64,000 nt of DNA from Marsupella aquatica (lineage: Eukaryota > Plantae > Marchantiophyta), in NCBI GenBank assembly GCA_973895155.1, contig OZ316893.1:13656359-13720358 (forward strand), given 5' to 3'. Position numbers and translations under genes: made by a program. The number at the start of each line of letters is the position of its first letter. The first letter of the stretch is position 1. The notes under the pieces are model-generated. The model worked only from the letters and a program-made list of their open reading frames with translations. It was not told the DNA's origin and searched no databases. Below, piece by piece: positions 26,284 to 35,794 of the stretch.

Positions 26284-26889
26284 TGTCGTGCGCATACAGA
26301 TCGCTACACAACATACATCGCTTGTCACATACATCCAAACATAGTCACACTGCCACATCACAAACACAAGAGAATGGAATACAAGTGGAACTCATGTCCA
26401 CACATGTCCAAAACCCACAATAATCTCCACACAATCGGCACAACGATCCCGGTCAACAATACCCCATCGATCCCGCACCGATCCGATCACACACGTATGT
26501 CAAGCCAACGCACCTTGCACTACTCAAGGAATCCACGTTACACAAAGCGGAGCTCACAGCCACCATAGCCACTCAAGCTCCTCTCTCTCCAAGGCTCAAC
26601 ATTGAAAGATGACCTTTCAATGCCTCACAAGTGAGAAGTACCCTCTCACACAAACCTGACGAAACCTTATCGGCTCCAATAGCACTCATACCAAACATAC
26701 ATACTCTAATAGCACGATATACTACTACACTACTCAGAATGGTGTGACAGCTGTCGTGCGCATACAGATCACTACACAACATACATCGTTTGTCACATAC
26801 ATCCAGACATAGTCACACTGCCACATCACAAACACAAGAGAATGGAATACAAGTGGAACTCATGTCCACACATGTCCAAAACCCACAAT
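26284..26889 (-). repeat. 3' terminal repeat block: segment a (26284-26421), segment b (26422-26749), GC spacer (26750-26751), second segment a (26752-26889)
   Basis: The two a copies are 138 bp each with 3 transition differences. Segment b matches 35467-35794. Confidence 0.92.
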
Positions 26890-26900
26890 TGCCCCCCTAG
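26890..26900 (-). promoter_or_regulatory. Polypurine tract (CTAGGGGGGCA on the element sense strand)
   Basis: The G-run lies immediately upstream, in element orientation, of segment a. Confidence 0.75.
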
Positions 26901-27062
26901 CTGGGAGTAAGGTCCCCTAACTCTAGCTAGCCATGAGTTTTACAAGGTTGATATACACCTTTTTAGGTGTGAAGATCAGGAGGCCGGGTGCAAGGGAGCC
27001 CCATCGATCACCTACCTGCAATCCATATCTGCCAAGAGAACACAAATGATAACTAGTCGGCT

Positions 27063-27584
27063 TCACCGACACTGAGGACACAACCATGATCCACTAGGAA
27101 TCACCTGCAATGGTGGTGTCAAACATGACATGTGCCATCCTCTAGAACACTTATCACAAATCAACATAGTAGTTGCTCCCTGAGCAGATCCACACAACAT
27201 ACATTTCAAGCCAGCACGAACATGTGCCAAGCTTGGATCTACTGTACCATCAATGTTGGGAAGGTGATATGGTGCACAGTTGCGCACATGATCCTTCCAA
27301 ACCATACCATCGCGTCCCTCCAACATCAGGACACCAGAAGGCCATACTTCACGCACACGTAAGATTGTCCGGCCTGTGGTCACATCAAGTGTCATGGGTG
27401 CTGTCTGCTGCAAATAAATATAATCACCAGGATGAAATCGCCGAATGCTTGCACGGTAACCTCCTCCACGAATAGTGGCATACCTCAAAGTATCACGATG
27501 TTGGGCAATGGCAAGGTTGTCGAAAGCCATGGGCATCACTCGCTGAAATACCCGTGCTCTCTCTGAACCTACACCTTGACCCAA
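27063..27584 (-). pseudogene. Integrase C-terminal region plus PHD finger (frameshifted relative to the integrase core)
   Basis: CMLC...MLICDKCSRGWHMSCLTPPL..IPSGSWLCPQC is a C4HC3 PHD pattern. Confidence 0.88.
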
Positions 27585-28633
27585 ACATCAGGATCATCCA
27601 AGTTCACAACTGATGCAGCATCACGACGAATAGCTGCTGGCAAATCTGGCTCTCTACCATAGAGCAAAAAGTAAGGTGAGAAGGATGCAAGTGATGCTTG
27701 CCGACTGAAACGGTAGCCCATAGCTAACCAAGATAGCTGGAGATCCCAATCTCCCAGATGACCAACCTGCAAGCCATACTTACGCAATCCTCTCTTCACA
27801 GTTTGCACAACTCTCTCAGCTAATCCATCTGCCTCAGGATGATCACGAGAGGTAGTACGATGATCAATCAGAGCTTGTTCACACAAACTCTCAAACTCTC
27901 CACGAAACTCAGTTCTCTGATCAGTCAACACCTCAGCTGGTGCTCCAAAATGACTGAGTACACGATCCAAAAATGTAGCAGCAACTCCTCCACTGGCTTT
28001 ATCTGGCAACGCCACTAGCTCAATCCACTTGGAGAAGTGCTCCACCATGACCAAAACATACCGATTATGACGTTGGGTAAGAGGTAATGGACCAGCAAAA
28101 TCCAAACTCCAACGATATCCCAAACCCATGATCGGCAACGGGTGCAACTGGGGAGTGGGAGCATTAAATGATGCTCTCACTCTATCACATACCACACACT
28201 TAGCTATCAACTGTTGGACATGAGTGTGCATACCACGCCACCAATACTGTGTCTGCAGCAAGCTGTAAGTGCGCTTTACACCAAAGTGACCCAACTCCTC
28301 GTGCGCATGTCGCACCAAATGTACTCTCTGTGATGGTTTTGGGACCACCAACACTCTACCATCATGCAGTACTCTCAAAAGATGGTTTCCCTCCCATTGA
28401 AACCTCTTGGCTCTCTGTAGAACCCTGTCACGTTCCTTGGCATCAACACTCCCAACAATAGAACCACTGTGCAAATATTCCAACACTCTCGCATCATTAT
28501 GAATATCTTGTTGTCCAGTAGTTACCTCACTAACATCCACATCTGAAGACTCATCATCCACTCCATCCAATGAGGTAGAGTCCACAGATCCACTGTATGC
28601 TGGCACCCAACAAAGAAGGCAGATGCATGCCAT
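27569..28633 (-). pseudogene. Gypsy integrase (HHCC zinc finger + DDE core)
   Basis: HEELGHFG...CVVC, SLDFAGP, VLTDQ, HPEADGLAERVV, SPYFLLYG. Confidence 0.93.
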
Positions 28634-28689
28634 CCTGGCACCATCTCCTTATCTGACTCATCATGCCATCTGGCTCCAGTCTCATCTTG

Positions 28690-30144
28690 CTGACTGGTAC
28701 ATGGATTGCGGCTTAATCCATCTGCATCCAAGTTCACTTTTCCAGGCCTATGCACCACCTGGAAATCATACTCCTATAACAACAATGCCCATCGTGCAAG
28801 CTTCCCTGTAAGTTTGTCAGACTCCATTAACCACTTAAGAGGCTGATGATCAGTGATCAAGGTGAAGGGGTTATCAAACAAGTAGCAACGAAAGTGTGCA
28901 ACAACCCACACTGCTGCCAAACACTCTCCCTCATAAGAGCTATACTTAGCCTCTGCTGAATTGTTTGATCTACTGGCATAAGCCACAACAAACTCATTCC
29001 CCTCATCATCCTTCTGAGTCAGCACTGCTCCAAGTCCTACTCCACTCCAATCAGTGTGTAGCTGAAATGGTCTGCCTGAAATGGGTCTTCTCAAAATAGG
29101 GGATGATGCCAACCTTTGCTTCAACTCCTGAAAGGCATGCTCCTGGTCATCACCCCAAATCCATTCCTGATCCAACTTAGTGAGTATGATCAAAGGTTTA
29201 GCAAGCTGGCTAAATCCTTTAACATACCTCCTGTAGTAGCTCGCCAATCCCAAGAATGCACGAACTCTACTCACATCAGTAGGACAAGAAATTTGTGTAA
29301 TGGCCTCCACTTTAGTCTGTTGTACACCTAATCCCCCTGGGTATATAGTGTGGCCCAAATACTCAATCTGGTCTTGGAAGAACTTACACTTGCCAGGATG
29401 GAGCTTCAACCCATGTGCTCTCAATCTCTCCAACACAATCTGCAAGTGCTGTTGATGTTCTTCCACAGTAGAAGAATAGACCAAAATATCATCAATATAA
29501 CATCTGACAAAATCCAAACCTGCAAGGATTCGATCCATGACTCTCTGGAACTCAGCTGGTGCATTCTTCAACCCAAATGGTAAGAATAACCACTGATACA
29601 AACAATCTTTGCCATAAGAATCAATCCCCTAGAATGCTGTCTTGGACCTGTCAACATGCCTAATTGGAAGCTGATGGTACCCTGCCCTCAGATCCAATGA
29701 ACTGAAAACCTTTGCATGCCCCACAGCATCAAAGATCTCCTCAGGTGTGGGCATGGCATATCGATCAGATTTTGTCTGGCGATTAATAGGTCTGTAATCA
29801 CCACACATGCGCCTATCTGTGTAATTGCCATGCACATCCTTCTTGGCTGGCATCACTGTGGCAGATGCATACTCCCCATATGAAATCTCCACCAATCCAG
29901 CCTCCAACAAATCTTGAGTTTTGCTTTGAATCAGAGCTCTCTCCATGTCACTATAATGGTATGGTCTACGAAAGATTGGCGCATCACTAGCCAATTCAAT
30001 CTGAATACCAGGGCCCTTCAGTGTCCCCAAATCCTTCATGTTGAATGCAAAACAATTCCAATAACTCTTCAAGAATCGATGCATGCAACGTCTCTTCTCC
30101 CTTGTTAACTTAGGGCCAAACTGTGGTTCCCAACTCTCCACCAA
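28690..30144 (-). pseudogene. Gypsy reverse transcriptase and RNase H, interrupted by in-frame stops
   Basis: RMCGDYRPIN, SLDLRAGYHQL, KTAF*G, LPFGLKNAPAEFQ, YIDDIL, LHTDWS, YEGECLA, LITDHQPL, LARWALLL*, HRPGKVNLDADGLSR. Confidence 0.93.
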
Positions 30145-30399
30145 ATCCCTAATATCTCTTTGTAGGGTAGAAGAGATAGCCGATGATTGCTATTTAGCAG
30201 TAGATTGAGCAGTCCCTTCCTGCTCAACAATCTGTCCAGCCTTGGCCAATCCTGCCATAGATCCATGGACTGTCTGCTCGCCCCCAGCTGTGGTCAATAC
30301 TGTCTCAGTGGACCGCAAGCTCACCAAGGGACAATCAGTAATTCCAGCAGAGCACATCCGCAACTGTTCAGCTACTCTCAAGCTGATAATCCAAGTCAA

Positions 30400-31340
30400 A
30401 CAATTCAGGTCCATTGCTTGACCAAGAACTTGGCGCCGCAAACCCTCTGACACAGAGACAACTGCAGTGGTGCCAGTCAAAAATCCCATAGCACGCTCTC
30501 TCTCATCAACAGTAGGCTCCACTAACTGCTGGAGAGCTGTGTCTCACACAAGTCCAGGGCCACCTACTCTGAATGCATATGAAGCAGAGTGGCTTACAAG
30601 AGTGGGTAATGCACAACGTGGGCGCCCAATTGCATTGACCATTGCCAATGGAGGTCTATCAGGTTGGGTCACACCCTGTGCCCGACGCCCTAGATCCAAA
30701 ATATCATCCACCACTAAGGCTGGTGAGCGTGGAATGCTGTCAAATGCGCGCTTCAGCACCTCATATGGGATCAAATTAGTCCACCACAAGCGTGGATAAT
30801 GTGCACGAGAACCCACACGTGCAGCATCCAATAACACAGCAGGTCCAATCCAAGACCTCACCTGGTGAACACTGGCAATAATTCGACTACGATCATCACC
30901 TAACAATGGCACATTCTCCAAAATGTATGCTGGAGACTATGTCTGATGTAGCTAGAGATGACGCAGCACCCGTAACATCTCCCAAAACAATGCAGAGCGT
31001 GGATCATGAAGTCCATGCCCAATGCCAGCTCTAGATTAGCCCTGACATGGCCAACCAGCAATCACCAAATCAATGGGGCTAACACGATGTAGATGATCCG
31101 CCCCCAACAATGAAATATCAGCAGGTAGTGCATGTTGATAACCACGAACAACATCCACTGGCAGCAATTGTGGATATCTATCCACCAACATAGCCACATG
31201 TCGCAATGAGACTCTCCGTGCTGTCTCATCTGTCTCCACATACAAATAACGACGCACATGAATTCCTGCCTGAAGAACTGTAGCCAATCCAGTGCTAATC
31301 CCACCAAAAAGATCCAACAAACAAATACCCTCCGGTGGAT
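30400..31340 (-). pseudogene. DNMT3/DRM-like C5 cytosine DNA methyltransferase domain within the Gypsy polyprotein (in-frame stops)
   Basis: Motif I LDLFGGISTG; YLYVETD; motif IV IDLVIAGWPCQG; DPRSALFWE; motif VI ILENV; motif VIII RAHYPRLWWTNL; motif IX ERERAMGF; motif X RRQVLGQAMD. All are in one frame with the flanking protease and RT ORF segments. Confidence 0.88.
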
Positions 31341-31739
31341 ATTGCCAAGCAATAGGAGTGGTATCCAATGGTGAAAGAGTCACAGGTCCATCTGCAAGAG
31401 ACTGCTCTGCTCCTGACTGTGGTGTAAAAGCATGACGCCATGCATCATGTACCAATCATGCTGCTGCCTGTGGCAAGGCTTGTGCAGTGCCCCACACTGG
31501 TGGCACAACACTGCCAACAGGTAATCCTCGCATGATGTGCTCCTCATGAGACTCCTCCAATGGTGGAACATCGGCTGCATGCGCATTACCTTCAATCAAA
31601 TCATCAGGTCCAGCAATTACACCACTGAATGCTGCCAAAGATAATGGTGAGGATTTAGGGCCTCCCACAGGTCCACTAAATCTCACTGAAAATTTGCTCA
31701 ATCGAGCATCTCCTAACTGCCAATCAGGTCTATATGACA

Positions 31740-32110
31740 CTGATTCCTCCCAAAAATCAAGAATAAATCCCATGGGGTAGAGCACTGTACATCCCACCAA
31801 CACATCATATGACTCTGCCTTAGTCAAAATAGCTCACGCCTGTATCTGTGAGCTATCTGTGGTATGACCTTCCTGAATCCTCAAATCAAGTGGTCTCCTG
31901 GTGATATGCTGTGTAGGTGTAGGTCCCCCCAATGAAGTCTGAATGGGAAAGGGACAATCCTCCAAATCCTTTGGACGGAATCCCAATCCACGTATGGCAG
32001 ACTTCCCCAACATCAAGGGCTGAGCACCAATATCCAATAACACTCTCTCTGGCTGGTATACTGCTCCAAAAGGCCCAACTAATCGAAAGATACCACTCCG
32101 ATTATCCAAT
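31740..32110 (-). pseudogene. Aspartic protease domain of the Gypsy element
   Basis: VLLDIGAQPLMLG (D-T/S-G-like) and downstream YDVLVG. Confidence 0.75.
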
Positions 32111-32939
32111 GACACAACACTAGGTTTAAACCTAGTCCTCTCAAATGCAAGGCGTGCTGGTAAATCCACCAACCTCGCTGCTGCTGCATGCCATGTCTCA
32201 CTAGTAGCAGTAGGTGGTATGGTCTTCACTGCTTCAACACTGCAAGCTGCTTCTGCATGGGAAGCAACAACTGGAGTGTCCTCACAGAGTGTAGCTGCCA
32301 ATCTGAACACTTCTGCAGGACCAACTCCCAAGTTCAGCATGTCTATCGCTGAAAATAATGGGGCGCGTACCATGGCAGTAGCCGCCCCCAGCAAGGTACC
32401 TATCATCCCTACTGCATCACTACCTGATTCTGCCAACTTACACACATCAGGGTTTGTCTGAACCGAATTCATAGAGGCAGTGTGAACTGTCTCTGACAAT
32501 GTAAAAGACTGAGGAAGCTTTGTCTACCGACGTGCATCCCCCCTCTATGGATCTAGCTCCACTACTGCTCCTTGGGGCTCAAGAGCTTTGGCTGCCCCAC
32601 GTGTCAAAGCTGCTGATGCATCAATATGTGTAGTGCCACACATGAATCCCATGGTGGCAAGATCTCCATCAGCTCCATAAGATGTGGAAGGACCATGGGA
32701 TGTGGAAGGTCCATAGGATGTAGATGCCCATCACCAGAAGTAGGTCTCACCTGGGAACTAGCCATGGCAGCTAGCTGTTGCTCCAATTGAGCAATCTTAG
32801 CATCCTTTAGATCTATGGTTACAGCAGGGGCAGCGTCACCTCCCTGTCTCCCTGCATGTGGCATGCCACGACCACGTCCACCACCTCTACCTCCTCCTCC
32901 TCTTCCCTGATCATGTGTACAGGATCCTCCTCTCCGTAA

Positions 32940-34181
32940 CTCAGGATGGAGTGAGAAACACCTATCTTTGGTGTGTCCAGGAGCTCCACAATGATCACAC
33001 TGTCACTGATCAGGTGCTGCTGCTCCTCCTGATCCTCTGTGATCTGGGCAATACCTCTGTGCATGATCCCCACCACAGGTCCAACATCCTGACTGCTGTC
33101 TAGCATAAGAGGGCACAGGTCTCTGGCTGGTAGACTCTCGTGCAATAGGCTTCTCCCTTTGGCTCTTCCGTGCAATAGGCTGTGGTGTAGATGTAGATGC
33201 AGCCTTTGGTGCTTCCTTGGCAAATCCGGAAGTCACCACCTTCTCATTCACCATATTGAGCTCAATACGCTCAGAAAGGGTGAAAACAATTGCTAATGTG
33301 GGATCTGCATCCCTAAGCAGAGTGACATCTCTCACTCTGCATCGCAATTCTCTGTCTAGAATTGCATACCAAAACTGGACTGCTTGAGCCTCTATCACTT
33401 CCTTGGTGACAGTGATCAATCTGCGCATACGAGTATATGCCTCACGTAGACTCTCTCCAGTCTTGCGCTGGAACTCCTGGAGACCCTTCAACTTATCAGT
33501 TCTCACACCCTGATAGTTCTGCTTCAGTACCTCAAAGAATTCCACCACAGGATTAAATGCTGGCGTAACTCCAGTTCCTGTCATAATCACACTGGCAGGA
33601 GTAGCGGTGGATGCTACTGGAGTGCTGCTAGTGGATGGTGTGCCACTCTGGCTAGTGCTGCTAGAAGAGGCAGCAGCTGTGGCAATGGGTTGGGCAGCCG
33701 CACTAGTGCCATAGGTGATGGACACGTAATTAGGTGACCAATGCTGCCTCCATGCCTCAATCTCAACCAAATGAGTCTTCCGAAACTCATGGTAGTCATC
33801 CATGGGTGGCCCCACCAAATGCTGAAATAATCCCTTCCATGCCATGAAAGGGGTAAACAACGTGGCGTTACGCAATGTCTGTATATCGCACCACGTATCA
33901 AACTCCTGGATGAAGTCATCCAGATCAATTGTGCCAACTGCACCAGAGTATCGTCGTGGGCCCTTTGTAGCCCCGTACATCTCGTCCATATCCCACAACA
34001 AAGATGCAACCACCTGATGACGAGGAGAACTGGTCATTGAGTCCTCGTCGGAATCACTGTCTAAAGCTGCACTGCTGACTGCTACCAATGCCGCTGGCCA
34101 AAACTGTGCCCCACTCCGAGTGAAACCGGTTCGTCGTCCATCGGGTAATCCAACAGCACCAGAAGAATCCATGGTGACCAA
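32940..34181 (-). pseudogene. Gag with two CCHC zinc knuckles
   Basis: Retrotransposon gag-like QRKTGESLREAYTRMRRL; knuckles CWTCGGDHAQRYC and CDHCGAPGHTKDRC (~32957-33000). Confidence 0.85.
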
Positions 34182-35454
34182 CCCTAACCTAATCTATGTG
34201 CTAACCCTAAGGGCAATCTATCCCTGTCAGCACCACAAGCACTCACCATGGTGTGTTGGGCATCACTCCAACATCACCAGGAGAGAAATACATAGCACAA
34301 CTAGAATGTCCGGTTGCAAACCCGGATCACTCCGGTAGAATCAAGCGCCAACGCCAACTAACATGGCGCATAAACAGGAAGCATGTGTGGAGAGGATCCA
34401 ACAACAAGAAGAGGATTTACCACAACTCTCCACACCAATCAATCAGAAATATATGTAAATAATATGCATATAGTTCAATGTAGGGCCTTCATAATAGGTC
34501 TCAAGAATCCCGCGTCAAATATTCAAGAATCCATCGCAAACTAGCTAAAACAGAGTATCTAGATGAATTCAAAAGTGCATAAAACCCCTAAGGCCTCATT
34601 CCTTGGACATCAAATGTGGAAGGAAGCATGTACAATGCACCACATAGAAACTTGCTAGTTAAGCGCATGAGAGGAGGAATAACTTTGGGATGGGTGACCT
34701 CTCACTTGTCATTATGCACCAAATCTGCCACTCCAAAATGGCAGCACTTGCAACTACTCCTCACGTACCAGCAAGCTGGCCCGCCCGCTCCTGCTCCGCC
34801 CTCACGCCCCTCGTCCCGAGTTGCCTCGAAGCCTCGAAACGCTGAGATGAGCCAAAGAGTGAGCCCTTCACGCCCGCAACGCTTCGCTATGCCGAATCGA
34901 GTTTCAGATTTCCGTCTCTCAGTTTCCCTTCACAGAATGACGGATAGTCGGGAGTTGCGGATCAGCTGCGAGCAGTCGGCGCCCTGTCGATCGGATTCGC
35001 GAGTTGCAGCAACTTCGCGCGGATTGGCCCTTCCACATAATCGCGCGGAGCATCGGCAGATCGCCACTTCACTTGCGCCTTATCACAGTAGTCGAAAATC
35101 AGATCTGAAGCCTCGCGGATGACTTCCACTGTTCGACGATCTGCCAACATTCGCGGAATGCTTTCCTCCACGAAAACCAACATTCAAACTCGGCTACAAT
35201 AGCAGCGTTATGTGCCCAGATCCGGTGACACAATGAGCGATCTGCGATCTTCAACGATCTGCGATCTCTCTCCTCAAAATAGCATTCGCCAACACAAACT
35301 GCAGCAGATTGAAGGACTAACAATCTACTCAATGAGATCCGAGATACCACGGATCCATGCAACAGATTGAAACGATTTCCACAAACCGTCACCAACTCAA
35401 TCAATCCGAAACGAACTTCTGTTTGCACAGTCCGCACAACAGAGTTCGCATCTG

Positions 35455-35466
35455 ATCTTTCAATGT
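35455..35466 (-). promoter_or_regulatory. Putative self-priming PBS (ACATTGAAAGAT) complementary to a 12-mer inside segment b (35644-35655)
   Basis: Exact 12-nt inverted match abutting the 5' repeat. There is no TGG-starting tRNA PBS. Confidence 0.7.
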
Positions 35467-35794
35467 AATCTCCACACAATCGGCACAACGATCCCGGTCA
35501 ACAATACCCCATCGATCCCGCACCGATCCGATCACACATGTATGTCAAGCCAACGCACCTTGCACTACTCAAGGAATCCACGTTACACAAAGCGGAGCTC
35601 ACAGCCACCATAGCCACTCAAGCTCCTCTCTCTCCAAGGCTCAACATTGAAAGATGACCTTTCAATGCCTCACAAGTGAGAAGTACCCTCTCACACAAAC
35701 CTGAAGGAACCTTATCGGCTCCAATAGCACTCATACCAAACGTACATACTCTAATAGCACGATATGCTACTACACTACTCAGAATGGTGTGACA
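35467..35794 (-). repeat. 5' terminal repeat, segment b only (328 bp)
   Basis: Matches 26422-26749 with about 5 substitutions. Segment a is absent here. Confidence 0.92.

Larger units (their letters stand above)
26284..35794 (-). mobile_element. Ty3/Gypsy LTR retrotransposon, 9511 bp: gag-PR-DNMT-RT-RH-INT-PHD, permuted (split) terminal repeats, 4-bp TSD CATG; ORFs decayed
   Basis: Ends are TGTC...GACA. CATG is duplicated at 26280-26283 and 35795-35798 relative to the empty site in the adjacent tandem copy. Domain order RT-RH-INT is Gypsy-type. Confidence 0.93.

Noticed and set aside
26284-26749. Reading a+b (TG...CA) as an ordinary LTR or solo LTR
   Set aside because: The other end has only b, the PPT abuts the second a copy, and the single TSD pair flanks the whole 26284-35794 unit.
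26284-35794. DIRS/Ngaro tyrosine-recombinase element, suggested by the split repeats and a methyltransferase
   Set aside because: No YR motifs are seen. There is a clear HHCC-DDE integrase, a protease, a PPT and a TSD, and the MTase has C5 (PCQ/ENV) motifs rather than adenine-MTase motifs.
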